Shown here piece by piece: positions 47,621 to 57,410 of a stretch of 64,000 nt of DNA. Source of the DNA: Leptospiraceae bacterium (GTDB lineage: Bacteria; Spirochaetota; Leptospiria; Leptospirales; Leptonemataceae). The stretch lies in assembly GCA_040217195.1 (NCBI GenBank), contig JAVJNR010000004.1, positions 288,001 to 352,000 on the forward strand. Reading direction: 5' to 3'. The position numbers and the translations under genes are program-made. Every line of letters starts with the position of its first letter. Within the stretch, counting starts at the first letter, position 1. Below the pieces are notes generated by a model, which was not told the origin of the DNA, made no database searches, and was given only the letters and a program-made list of their open reading frames with translations.

Positions 47621-49868
47621 AAACGCTCCTTCCTGGAATTGGATACCCTACGATGTCTTCGGCGCGATCATTAAGAACATTTCGCACTTCAACGATGAAG
47701 TCCAGGGCATGATCTCTGGATTCAAAAACGGAATACTCAAGAAATGCATTGTAAAGCCAACGAGGCTCCTGGTAGAAGAAAAAGTCATTCGAACGGTCTT
47801 TGAAAACTGCACCGGTGTAGCTGGCCTCGGCGCCCGGGCGAAAATCGCCCAGTGTAAGAGTGAGCCCGGCATTGAAATCATGTAAGGGCCTCAGGGGTAG
47901 ATACTTACCGCGAGAAAAAAAAATGTCTCCCCGGTTTATGGCTTCCTGATAGGTATAGTTTCCGTAGACCTCCAACCAGTGCCAGCTGGCTTTAAGGCCA
48001 GTTTCCACTCCTTTTATTTCCGCGGCATCCACGTTTTCGGCTCTCAATGAAAACCTGGAATTGGGCACAAAGATAATCATATCCCGGACATTTCGCTGAA
48101 AGAAGGTCAGGCTTGTTTGTAACTCCAGAAAGCCAATGTACTGGAAGTCCACTCCCGCTTCGTAGGTTTCCGCATCCTCCGCTTTTAAATCTGGATTGGA
48201 AACAATACTACCTGACTCACCGAACAATTCTACAAATAGAGGTACACGCCGGGATCGATAGGCCGCAGCCCGCAGATGCAATTGCATTACATCATTTCTG
48301 AAAATGCGCCCCCGAATTCGAATTCCAGGATCCAGGAATTCACGACGCACGGCACTCTCTTTCAGAGGATCCTGGGCTGTTGCCGGTTCATTGAATCGGT
48401 CTACATACCTTTCAAAACGCCCGAATGGATGGATCTGCAGAGCATCCTTGAAGAAGGAGAACTCGTCTACGATATGGATGGAGGATTGGTTTCTGAACTT
48501 TGTGGGCTTTTTTTGAGCCCGTTGATCCAGGGCATTTCGCTCATCCTCATGATACACTTCTCTTTGATTTCCCAGAAGGAATTTCAATGTCTGATAGTAT
48601 TCTGGAAGATGAATCTCCGGCATCAAATGAATACCGGTCTGCTGTAGACGGTTTTTTGATCCCGGGAATTGAAAGCTAAACTCCTGTTCAGGATCAAAGA
48701 AATGGTTTCTCACTTCTGTGTAATAAAGCCTGGATTTAAATCTTAATCGGGACCAGCCGGCGGCCTTCGTATCCGAAGTAAAACCGGTGGTATTTCTTAG
48801 ATGCTTTCTCCAGGTCTTTTCTGTCTGATTGCTTCCCGGTCCAGGAACACCATGTTCCCGGTAGAAAAAATCATTTAGCAGGTCAAACCTTGTGCCCAGG
48901 GCGAAGAGTCCGGCCGTTGCGGTGAGGGATGCTTTTCTGTACTGTGCATTCTTACGACGATCATCGAAGTCATCGAATGAATTTATTACCGGAGTTCCAT
49001 TTTCGTTGCGAAACAGGAAGTTCTGATCGGACATTTCCCCGCCTCCGCCTATGGAATACCAGAAGTCCCCCGGCTTAAGTGTCGACCCTGGAGTTCCTGG
49101 ATTGTATTTTGGCTTCTTCGCTTGTGCAGTGGTTAAGTTATCGGATGCAGAGTCAGTGCTACCGGTGGATTCATCCGCCGGTGCTTCAGGTTGCGTTATT
49201 ATTTTCGAAGTCTCTTCGGAAGCAGGCCGGCATTGACTGCCTGTATCCCAGTTACGCGAATCTGAGATAAAGAACCCTGCCCCGAATGTGCGAAAGGAGC
49301 CTCCCCTTACATAGACTCTATGGCCGCAACTACGATCCGAAGTTTTTAGATTCACTGCTCCGCCAACGGTGGGATTGGACAGCAGCATGGCAGTCCCTCG
49401 GTGAATTTCAATAGAGTCCATGGAACGGATGTCCAGATCAGAAAGATTCACCTCTCCGGTAACAGCATTGTTTAATGGGATGCCATTGATATAGACATTA
49501 ACCTGATTCGCATTGGAACCACGAATGGAAAGAGTACTGTAGGCTCCGGCGCCGCCATATCGTTTGACTCGAACGGAAGCCTCCCGCTCCAGAACTTCCG
49601 GAAGATCTCGGTTTCTGGTCCGGGAATCCTGCAGATCGATTCTTCTGGAAGTTCCGCCCTCCACATCATCCCGGTCCATGGAACGCTCCGGTGCCTGAAC
49701 CGTAATTTCCTCCGTTTCTTCCGCCAGCAGCACCGTAGATCTGAATCCAGCTATTAACAACACAGAGAAAACCATGCCCGCCAATGAAAATGCAGACATG
49801 ATTCGAACCAGAAAATCCAACCCTGGAAGGCCGTTGATCACTTCTCTAACCCTCCGGGGCATTCGCAT
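47595..49868 (-). CDS. TonB-dependent receptor, probable cobalamin transporter (BtuB-like)
   Basis: TonB-box-like EEITVQA, plug SIRGS..QV.VYING, GGAVNLKT, NPDLKAE, C-terminal GRSVYASLNYRF; downstream of a cobalamin riboswitch; probable start GTG 49841 (GGAGG SD). Confidence 0.88.
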   Translation of the reverse strand: MRMPRRVREVINGLPGLDFLVRIMSAFSLAGMVFSVLLIAGFRSTVLLAEETEEITVQAPERSMDRDDVEGGTSRRIDLQDSRTRNRDLPEVLEREASVRVKRYGGAGAYSTLSIRGSNANQVNVYINGIPLNNAVTGEVNLSDLDIRSMDSIEIHRGTAMLLSNPTVGGAVNLKTSDRSCGHRVYVRGGSFRTFGAGFFISDSRNWDTGSQCRPASEETSKIITQPEAPADESTGSTDSASDNLTTAQAKKPKYNPGTPGSTLKPGDFWYSIGGGGEMSDQNFLFRNENGTPVINSFDDFDDRRKNAQYRKASLTATAGLFALGTRFDLLNDFFYREHGVPGPGSNQTEKTWRKHLRNTTGFTSDTKAAGWSRLRFKSRLYYTEVRNHFFDPEQEFSFQFPGSKNRLQQTGIHLMPEIHLPEYYQTLKFLLGNQREVYHEDERNALDQRAQKKPTKFRNQSSIHIVDEFSFFKDALQIHPFGRFERYVDRFNEPATAQDPLKESAVRREFLDPGIRIRGRIFRNDVMQLHLRAAAYRSRRVPLFVELFGESGSIVSNPDLKAEDAETYEAGVDFQYIGFLELQTSLTFFQRNVRDMIIFVPNSRFSLRAENVDAAEIKGVETGLKASWHWLEVYGNYTYQEAINRGDIFFSRGKYLPLRPLHDFNAGLTLTLGDFRPGAEASYTGAVFKDRSNDFFFYQEPRWLYNAFLEYSVFESRDHALDFIVEVRNVLNDRAEDIVGYPIPGRSVYASLNYRF

Positions 49869-50011
49869 TTCAAGAAATTCAGGATTGGAAATAGCCGGAT
49901 GGATTTACAGCTGAAAGAACCGCCTCGCCCTGATGAAGAAAGGCAGGTGCGCTTGATTAGAAACTGGAAAATAAGATAGCTGGACCAGGCAGTGGCAAAT
50001 GAATATTTCAT
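49838..50011 (-). CDS. Candidate 57-aa leader ORF (not in ORF track)
   Basis: AGGAG SD 6 nt before the ATG; MKYSFATAWSSYLIFQFLIKRTCLSSSGRGGSFSCKSIRLFPILNFLKCECPGGLEK; its TGA overlaps an in-frame GTG of the TBDR (GTGA). Confidence 0.4.
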   Translation of the reverse strand: MKYSFATAWSSYLIFQFLIKRTCLSSSGRGGSFSCKSIRLFPILNFLKCECPGGLEK

Positions 50012-50137
50012 TTTGATCTCCTATGTTTCAGAGACCACCAAGCACTTTTTTGGATTACTCCGGGCCCGTGGCTCCTCTTACTTTTCCGAAGAGCCCCTGC
50101 CCGATGGCATTACCGAACCGATTCGCGCGGTCCTTAC

Positions 50138-50235
50138 GGTGGGGAAGATCTGGCTCATGGAATCAGGCAATGCCGTCCAATTACAGTTGCGCGTCAGCAG
50201 AGGATTTGCACCCCTTTCCACCCGGAAGTGAAGCC
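50138..50235 (-). promoter_or_regulatory. Cobalamin riboswitch (short form)
   Basis: Minus strand reads GGGTGGAAAGGGGTGCAAATCCTCTGCTGACGCGCAACTGTAA-24 nt-GAGCCAGATCTTCCCCACC: B12-element core, T-loop and B12 box, with a closing GGTGG..GGAA/TTCC..CCACC helix. Confidence 0.85.
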
Positions 50236-50498
50236 AGAATCGAAATCCAACATGAAGCTGCAACCAACAAAAGAGTGAATCTGTGCCCCCCACGGACCTT
50301 TTGAGACTGAATCTCAGTTAAAGCCAGAAGAACTGCTTCCTGACAACTCTTTGACAACTTTCCTTACTGGCATGATAGATTATGATTGAGAAAGTGTCCA
50401 TCTGCAGACTGATTCGGCCAGGATTGTAAAGCCAGCACGGTCATAGCAGATGTTTGCAATGTTCAAGTAATTTTGAGGAGTCATCTTCAACGATACCC

Positions 50499-51809
50499 AT
50501 GAGACACCTTGGTGCCATAATACTTAGTCATGATCAGGGAGAAGACCTGAGCCATTTGATTTCCTGGAAAGGGCTGACTCTGGAGCATCTGGAAACCAGG
50601 ATACAACAATCGGGTTTTGAGATCTCTGGATTTCTATTACTCTCCACCTGCAATCGAGTGGAGATTGTATATTCCATTGAAGATCCATCTCAACATTCTG
50701 CCTTTTTTAAGAACCTGGTAAATACTCTGCCTCCAGTGCAAGGACCGGCACCAGAATTTAAAACCGGACGACCGGTGGCCCGTCATCTACTTAGACTTTC
50801 AGCAGGGCTTGAGTCCATGGTACTTGGTGAAACGGATATTCGCCACCAGATGAAAGAAGCGAAAGCTGCGGCCATTCGCGGGGGGCATCTGGATTACAGA
50901 CTTCGCACAGTGCTGCAAGGCGTATTTCGTCATTCTCGTTATATTCGTAGTTACATTCCTGCCAATCTTCCATTATCCGTGTCTTCCCTTGCTGTGCGTT
51001 TTCTGGAAGATTCCCTTGGAGGCCTGGATACATCAGACTCAGCAATTGCAATCATAGGTTCCGGTCCCATGAGCCGCCATACGGCAGAGTATCTATCCAA
51101 GTGGGGCAGCCGCAACCTGATATGGATTAATCGCACACTGGATAAAGTGGAGCCACTGGCAGCCAGTCTGCAGGCCCGTTCTCTGTCACTGCAGGATTTT
51201 CTTAAAGATCCAGCCAGGGCAGGAAAGCTTCGAGCCATAGTCAGTGCTACATCCAGCGAAAGTCCGATCATCGACGAGGAACTGATAAGCAGAATGGATC
51301 GGGACGAGAAGCTGGTTCTGGTAGATCTGGCCCTTCCGGAAGATGTGGATCCTGCCGCTGCAAAAATACCTGGCGTGGAATTAATCAGCCTGGATCGAAT
51401 TCGGCAGCGGCTGGAAGCGAACCGGAAGCAGCGCGAAGAGGCGGCCTCACGAGCAGAATCTGCGGTGGAAGAATCACTGTTTCGTCTGGAATCCGAACTA
51501 ATACATTCCCTATCCGGTCCAATACTCAAAGAACTTCAAAAGGATATTCGAAAACAGGCTCAGGAACGTCTGGAAGGACTCCTGCAGGGCAGGCTTTCGC
51601 ATCTAAGTGCCCGGGACCGAAGAATTCTTTATGACTGGGCCATACGTTCCCATCGGGAAATGAATCGTATTCACCGTAGCGGCGTGGAGCAGATTCTAAA
51701 AAGCTATTTCATGGATTCAGAAAACTCCGATTCCGATTCGCAACCAGAACCGGAGGGCCCGGAAGCTGCATCCATGGATGAGGCCGTGGGCGGCGGCTTT
51801 AGCCGGTGA
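50499..51809 (+). CDS. hemA: Glutamyl-tRNA reductase
   Basis: LSTCNRVE catalytic Cys, GLESMVLGE..I, IGSG.M, NRT, SATS, DLALP.DVD; start moved to ATG 50499. Confidence 0.93.
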   Translation: MRHLGAIILSHDQGEDLSHLISWKGLTLEHLETRIQQSGFEISGFLLLSTCNRVEIVYSIEDPSQHSAFFKNLVNTLPPVQGPAPEFKTGRPVARHLLRLSAGLESMVLGETDIRHQMKEAKAAAIRGGHLDYRLRTVLQGVFRHSRYIRSYIPANLPLSVSSLAVRFLEDSLGGLDTSDSAIAIIGSGPMSRHTAEYLSKWGSRNLIWINRTLDKVEPLAASLQARSLSLQDFLKDPARAGKLRAIVSATSSESPIIDEELISRMDRDEKLVLVDLALPEDVDPAAAKIPGVELISLDRIRQRLEANRKQREEAASRAESAVEESLFRLESELIHSLSGPILKELQKDIRKQAQERLEGLLQGRLSHLSARDRRILYDWAIRSHREMNRIHRSGVEQILKSYFMDSENSDSDSQPEPEGPEAASMDEAVGGGFSR

Positions 51810-53536
51810 TCCGGATAGCCACTCGAGGATCCCATCTCGCTCTGGCCCAGGCCCGGGCTGTTCAAACCATGCTGCAAACCAGAGCGGGCGTGGAATCAGA
51901 ATTAATAATCATCAAAACCAGGGGCGATCAAATTCAAGCGCCTCTACACCTCTCCTCCAATGAAGCCAAAGGCTTTTTCACAAAAGAAATCGAAGATGCT
52001 CTAATAGCCAATGAAGCAGACATCGCAGTACATTCCTACAAAGATCTGCCCACGGCTTCTGTTCCGGGCCTGATCATTGCTGCCCTCCCAGAACGAATTT
52101 CTCCTCTGGATACAATGGTCTTTCTAAAAAAACATCAGGTGAAGGATTCCTTTCCCTGGATCGGCGAAGATGGATTCGTAGGCACCTCATCCCTGCGAAG
52201 GGTATCGCAACTACTGTATAGAGCGTCCCATCTAAAGACATGCGATATACGAGGAAATGTTCCCACGCGCATTCGCAAGATGGTCACCAGCCAGGCACCG
52301 GATACAATTCATTCCATATTGCTTTCCGGTGCAGGAATAGAAAGGCTAAAAGCCACCGGCGAACTGATCGAAGACGAATTACAGGAAATTCTGGAAAACG
52401 AAGAGCTACAATTTCAGCCTCTAAGACCCGAGCATATGGTACCGGCTCCGGCGCAAGGAACACTGGCATTGCAGTGCAGGCAGGATGATGCAGAGACTCA
52501 GGCCCTGCTTTTACGACTAAATGATTCAGAACTCTCCACAATTTCCAGAATTGAACGCACGGTACTGGCAGGCCTGGAAGGTGGATGTAATTTGCCTCTG
52601 GGAGTATTTGCCCATCGGGTGGCCGGAGCCGAGACCTTTGGAGCCCATGTATACCTGGGAGAGGAGTTCGAAGGAAATCGCAGGCAGAGATCTCATTATG
52701 CATACAGAGAAGACAGCGATCCGGATCGACTTGCAGGAAGAATTCTAGAGGAGCTAATCCAACCTCCAAAGATTTTCGTTTTTGGAAAAGAAGACCGTAT
52801 GATAGATCTGGAAGACCGGTTACCGGACATTCTTCCGATTGAAAGCCTGGTGGAAACCATCCCTGCCATTCGAGTAGTACGCGAGGACTGGACTGAACCT
52901 CAAACACAGGAAGTCCGAACCGAAATAGCGCAAAAGAATAGAGTTATACTATGCATTTTCAGTAGCTCGGCTGTGGAGATTCTGAAAAGCCGATTTTCAA
53001 ACGGTGATGCATTGAAGGAGTGTCTGGGAATTACGGATCAACATCTGGATGTTCGCTGGGCTACCACCGGTGAATCCACCGCTCGAGCCATCCATGAACT
53101 GGCCAGAGGCGAGGATATCTTGATCAGTGAGGACGGTACTTCCGCAGGTCTGGAACTGGAACTTCAATCCCTGAATAACCAGGACACTGCATTCGTATTT
53201 CTGGTCTCTAGAAATGGCAGAAAGGAACTCATCCAGGCTTTACGTTCCGGACCCGGCTCGATTCTGGAGATGCCAGTCTATCGAAGCGAAAGCATTCCAC
53301 TGGATTCGGCTGTGGTTGAAAAAATCAAGAATTCCAGCGAATCCTGCTACATCCTGGCCGGTAGTCCTTTGACGCTGGAGACTCTGCAGGTGTCTGGCCT
53401 GCTGGCAGATCCAAACGGTATTCGATTGCTTTGCCTGGGTAGGACGACCTGCGATTTGGCCCGTAATCTGGGCCTGCATCCCTATGCTGTGGCCAGTAGC
53501 CCGGACTACGTGAAATTCCTGTCCGAATTTTTTTAG
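51806..53536 (+). CDS. hemC: Hydroxymethylbilane synthase fused to a uroporphyrinogen-III synthase-like domain (HemC-HemD)
   Basis: IRIATRGSHLALAQA, KGFFTKEIE, AVHSYKD, GTSSLRR, RGNV.TR, PAPAQG, EGGC; C-terminal FSSSAV, GESTA, VY, SP, G.TT are HemD-like. Confidence 0.92.
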   Translation: MIRIATRGSHLALAQARAVQTMLQTRAGVESELIIIKTRGDQIQAPLHLSSNEAKGFFTKEIEDALIANEADIAVHSYKDLPTASVPGLIIAALPERISPLDTMVFLKKHQVKDSFPWIGEDGFVGTSSLRRVSQLLYRASHLKTCDIRGNVPTRIRKMVTSQAPDTIHSILLSGAGIERLKATGELIEDELQEILENEELQFQPLRPEHMVPAPAQGTLALQCRQDDAETQALLLRLNDSELSTISRIERTVLAGLEGGCNLPLGVFAHRVAGAETFGAHVYLGEEFEGNRRQRSHYAYREDSDPDRLAGRILEELIQPPKIFVFGKEDRMIDLEDRLPDILPIESLVETIPAIRVVREDWTEPQTQEVRTEIAQKNRVILCIFSSSAVEILKSRFSNGDALKECLGITDQHLDVRWATTGESTARAIHELARGEDILISEDGTSAGLELELQSLNNQDTAFVFLVSRNGRKELIQALRSGPGSILEMPVYRSESIPLDSAVVEKIKNSSESCYILAGSPLTLETLQVSGLLADPNGIRLLCLGRTTCDLARNLGLHPYAVASSPDYVKFLSEFF

Positions 53537-53766
53537 AATTCTCCTCTGGCCATTTCGGTCCTGACTCATCGGGCTTTCTGGACGAAAAATTAGAATGCAA
53601 TCTGAATATCGCCCGGTCAGATCCAGGTGTTTCATAGAACCAGGGTGCCGATTCAATTGTTTTGTCCTTTGCAACTTTCCCGGGCCCTGGATTCTGGCCA
53701 GACCTGTGGATTCAATTCGGCAGCGTCAATGCAATACGAAAAGCGGCAACGCCGCTGGAGCTTTTC

Positions 53767-56253
53767 ATGAATAGATGGGAGAGATTTCAGGAGATCAGCC
53801 TAAAAGTGGCAAAAGTGGCCGCTCCGGTGATGCTCACACTGGGAACCATTTTTAGTGGTTTGCTAATCGGTTATCTTATCTCCGAGATACAGAGCCAGAA
53901 GCAGCTAAAATTTCTGGTTGGCTATGAGCCTACTCCTCCCACAAGACTGTATGACCGGGACGGTAGAGTGTTTGCAGAACTCTACAGACAGCGCCAGGAG
54001 CTAATTCCATTCCATACTATTCCCCCGCACGTGGTGCATGCATTTCTCAGCACCGAGGATGATAACTTTTTCAATCATTTTGGAATCGATATTCCCGGTA
54101 TCTTTCGCGCCGCAATAAAAAACCTGCTCGCCGGACGAGTGGTCCAGGGCGGTTCCACTCTAACTCAGCAACTGGCCAAACAACTAATCCTGGATGCAGA
54201 AGGAAGCCGGAATCGAACCTTCAACCAGAAACTGAGAGAAACTGTACTTGCTCTACAGCTGGAAGAAGAGCTTAGCAAAGAAGAGATTCTAGAAGTCTAT
54301 TTCAATATCATTTACCTGGGTCATGGATGTCAGGGACTGGCCTGCGCCAGTCAGATATTTTTCAAAGAGAAGGTACCTGACCTGACTCTGCCTCAGGGTG
54401 CCGTTCTGGCGAGAATGCCCAAAGCTCCGGTGGACTACTCTCCTTTTCGGAATCCTAGAAAGGCTATGGAGCAGCATAAGGTCATTCTGAGCCTCATGGC
54501 CAACGATGGAATTATCGAAGAAGAAGAAATAGATAGCATTCATAAGAATTTCTGGAGGGAGTACTGGGTTCAGGTTGTGGTTGAATACCCGGGCCAGACT
54601 ACCTGGGGCCAGAAATTATACAAAGCCCCCTACTTCACCGAACACGTAAGACAGATTCTGGAAGCCAATCCATCCATTGGAGAAGAAAAACTTTACGGCG
54701 AAGGACTCCGAGTGTACACAACTCTGGATTTGATTCAGCAGGAAGTTGCTGAAGAAGAAATCCAGAAATCACTGAAACGAGTTAATGTTGGTAGCCCCAT
54801 TCTAAGACAGGATGTGTATGGCTACACCGCCAAGGATCCAAGAAGTCTATTTCGCAAAGGCCTGGAGGATAGTTCTGACCTCGATGCATTGCAACTTCTG
54901 GGATACGTAACACCGAACTGGAATCCAACGGCTGCGATAGATCAGTTCCGCGCTCAGAGCGTAAACTACAGAACCAACACCCAGGTTCAGGCCGCCTATA
55001 TCAGTATCCATCCTTCGACCGGCTATATTACAGCTATGATTGGCGGGGCCGACTTTTCGCCTCGCAACCAGTTTAACCGGTCCATACTGGCCAAACGACA
55101 GCCGGGAAGTTCTTTCAAGATCTTCGTTTATGGCGCAGGCATCGAGCAACGAGCCATAAATACAAGTACCGGATTAAATGACCTGCCATTTGCATTGATT
55201 TCTCGTACCGGTCGAGTGTGGGATCCCAGCAACTATTCGGAAGGATTCAGCGGCGTGGTGCCTGCCAAAACGGCTCTTGCACTTTCTTTAAATACATGCG
55301 CTGTTCAAACCTTCTTTCGAGTGGGCGCTGAACCGGTCATAGATCTATCATCCAGGCTAATGAAAATCCAGGATCGATCCAGGTTCAATCCAGATCCGGC
55401 CATGGCTCTGGGGGCCAGCGAAGTGACTCCTCTGGAAATGGCTCAGGCTCTGGCCATCATAGGTAACAAAGGAAAGGATGTGATTCCTTTTGCCATTCGC
55501 TATGTAACAGATTCGGATGGAAATGTCCTATACAACAAAGAGGCTGCCATTCGTAAGATTATTGCCATCAAAACACAAACGGGTCAGATCCAGGTTATTG
55601 AGCCGGCCCTTGCATACATCATGCGCGATATGATGGAAGAGGTGGCCAATGCAGGTACAGCCCAGGCCGGTCTGCGAAGCTATCAGCATGATGGTGGATT
55701 ATTCCAGGGAGACTTTGCAGCCAAGACCGGCACGACGCAGCAATGGTCCGATGCCTGGCTAGTGGGTTTCAATCCAGACTTTGCCCAGGCGATCTGGTTC
55801 GGCTACGATCAGGGCAAATTTTCCATGGGAGGCCAATGGGCCGGTGGATCTCTGGCAGCCCCAACGGTTGGTAGAATCATGTCATCCTACTACAAACGAG
55901 CTCGCAGGGATGCGCCTCGGTTCGACCGGGATAGGCCGGATGGAATCGCAGGCGCAGATTGCAATGGAATGGCTCTTGCCCCCGTGGAAGAAAATGGTGA
56001 GCGGATCGAAGCCCCTACGGATGGAGTGTGCGCCAACGATCCCAACTTGAAGATCTATGATCAGCGAGAGCTGATCATGAAGGAATTCGGGATTACCAAA
56101 GAAGACCTGGGTCTGGAAGAATGGGAACGATTGATGTTCAAGTATGAAAACCTGGAGCAAAAGCGAAAGGAGCGGGAACAGCGCATCAAAGAAGAAAAAA
56201 TGGGAATCGATCCTTCCAGCGATAAGGATAAACCTGCCGAGGAACAGGGCTAG
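53767..56253 (+). CDS. Class A penicillin-binding protein (PBP1A family)
   Basis: Transglycosylase EDDNF..H.GID and GGSTLTQQL; transpeptidase QPGSSFK, SLN, KTG; single N-terminal TM; start moved to ATG 53767 (GGAG SD). Confidence 0.95.
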   Translation: MNRWERFQEISLKVAKVAAPVMLTLGTIFSGLLIGYLISEIQSQKQLKFLVGYEPTPPTRLYDRDGRVFAELYRQRQELIPFHTIPPHVVHAFLSTEDDNFFNHFGIDIPGIFRAAIKNLLAGRVVQGGSTLTQQLAKQLILDAEGSRNRTFNQKLRETVLALQLEEELSKEEILEVYFNIIYLGHGCQGLACASQIFFKEKVPDLTLPQGAVLARMPKAPVDYSPFRNPRKAMEQHKVILSLMANDGIIEEEEIDSIHKNFWREYWVQVVVEYPGQTTWGQKLYKAPYFTEHVRQILEANPSIGEEKLYGEGLRVYTTLDLIQQEVAEEEIQKSLKRVNVGSPILRQDVYGYTAKDPRSLFRKGLEDSSDLDALQLLGYVTPNWNPTAAIDQFRAQSVNYRTNTQVQAAYISIHPSTGYITAMIGGADFSPRNQFNRSILAKRQPGSSFKIFVYGAGIEQRAINTSTGLNDLPFALISRTGRVWDPSNYSEGFSGVVPAKTALALSLNTCAVQTFFRVGAEPVIDLSSRLMKIQDRSRFNPDPAMALGASEVTPLEMAQALAIIGNKGKDVIPFAIRYVTDSDGNVLYNKEAAIRKIIAIKTQTGQIQVIEPALAYIMRDMMEEVANAGTAQAGLRSYQHDGGLFQGDFAAKTGTTQQWSDAWLVGFNPDFAQAIWFGYDQGKFSMGGQWAGGSLAAPTVGRIMSSYYKRARRDAPRFDRDRPDGIAGADCNGMALAPVEENGERIEAPTDGVCANDPNLKIYDQRELIMKEFGITKEDLGLEEWERLMFKYENLEQKRKEREQRIKEEKMGIDPSSDKDKPAEEQG

Positions 56254-56341
56254 GAGCCGAGCCTATACCGCAGGGTTATTTCAGTCCATTCACAGAAAGG
56301 CCCTGCCTGCATTCGGCTCCTCCAACCTGGGCGAGCCCGGT

Positions 56342-57409
56342 TCAACGATTCATTATTGCGGGAAAAATAAAGCTAATGCCAAAGATATTTCCGTGCTTGA
56401 ATATCTCGGGCGGCGGAGGGCCAAAGTTATGTCCTTCCAGAGATCTTACGCAGGCCTGGTCCACCGGACGCTGCCCCATACTGGATACAACCCGTGTATC
56501 GCGCACGGTGCCTTCTTCATCGATCAGGAATAGTACTCGAACCACCTGGGGTTTAATCGGTTGCGACAGTACGGTTCCAGCAGAGTCTCTATAAACCAGA
56601 TTCAGACCTGGAGGAGCAAAATTGCTGCGCACCTGTCGAAGCAAATCCCTGAAGTATTTATACCCTTCCAGTTCCCGACGAGGAATGGAAAGACTGGTGG
56701 ACTGATCGTATCGCATGGCAAAATCATTCTGGAAACGATAATTTGCCGGTATTCGCATTGGCATAGACTCTGTAGCTCGGTCCGATTGACCTTGCTGATT
56801 CGTGCCGGTAGTTGCCTGGCGTTCATTGTTATTATTGTTTCTGGATTGATTGTTCTGCTGCTGACTTTGATTTCTTTCCGGCGGCCCGCCGGGCCCATCT
56901 CCACTGTCGAACCCCTGGTAAGCTGCTTCGGTGGCGGATTGCCCTCCCCCTGGACCTCCGCCGGATTCAACGGCCTGCCCGGAGCGAGTGCTTCCATAAG
57001 AAACCTGCAGTACATCATCCCTGGAAAGAGTATGAAATCCGTACCGCTCCGTCAGTCCCCCGGAACCTCCGGCATTTACATCCGAAAGGGCTGCCTTTTC
57101 TGACCGTGTTACCGGAGCTGCATAATCCTGCTCAAGAAGTACCGGGTATACCATACTTCGGCTGGGCTGCTCGGAGGACATCATCCGATCGAATAACTCC
57201 ACAATACGAGAGTCCCTTTCTTCAGTTATCAAAAATGAAACGGATGAGGCGAACAGGAACACAACACAGCCACCGGCCAGAAGGATTCTATCTTCCCATT
57301 GACCGGTGGAAATGTTGGAAAAAGCATCCAGCCAGCGCATAAAGAATGGCCTGGGCCCCTTCGCATACCCTTCCGGGATTTTGGAATTATGCTCAATTGC
57401 GGTTTGCAT
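56342..57409 (-). CDS. TonB/TolA C-terminal-domain membrane-anchored protein
   Basis: One TM segment, G/Q/N-rich linker, C-terminal VRVLFLIDEEGTV..TRVVSS.G...VDQAC..S....FGPPP; start ATG 57409 directly after the ruvB stop. Confidence 0.78.
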   Translation of the reverse strand: MQTAIEHNSKIPEGYAKGPRPFFMRWLDAFSNISTGQWEDRILLAGGCVVFLFASSVSFLITEERDSRIVELFDRMMSSEQPSRSMVYPVLLEQDYAAPVTRSEKAALSDVNAGGSGGLTERYGFHTLSRDDVLQVSYGSTRSGQAVESGGGPGGGQSATEAAYQGFDSGDGPGGPPERNQSQQQNNQSRNNNNNERQATTGTNQQGQSDRATESMPMRIPANYRFQNDFAMRYDQSTSLSIPRRELEGYKYFRDLLRQVRSNFAPPGLNLVYRDSAGTVLSQPIKPQVVRVLFLIDEEGTVRDTRVVSSMGQRPVDQACVRSLEGHNFGPPPPEIFKHGNIFGISFIFPAIMNR

Positions 57410-57410
57410 G

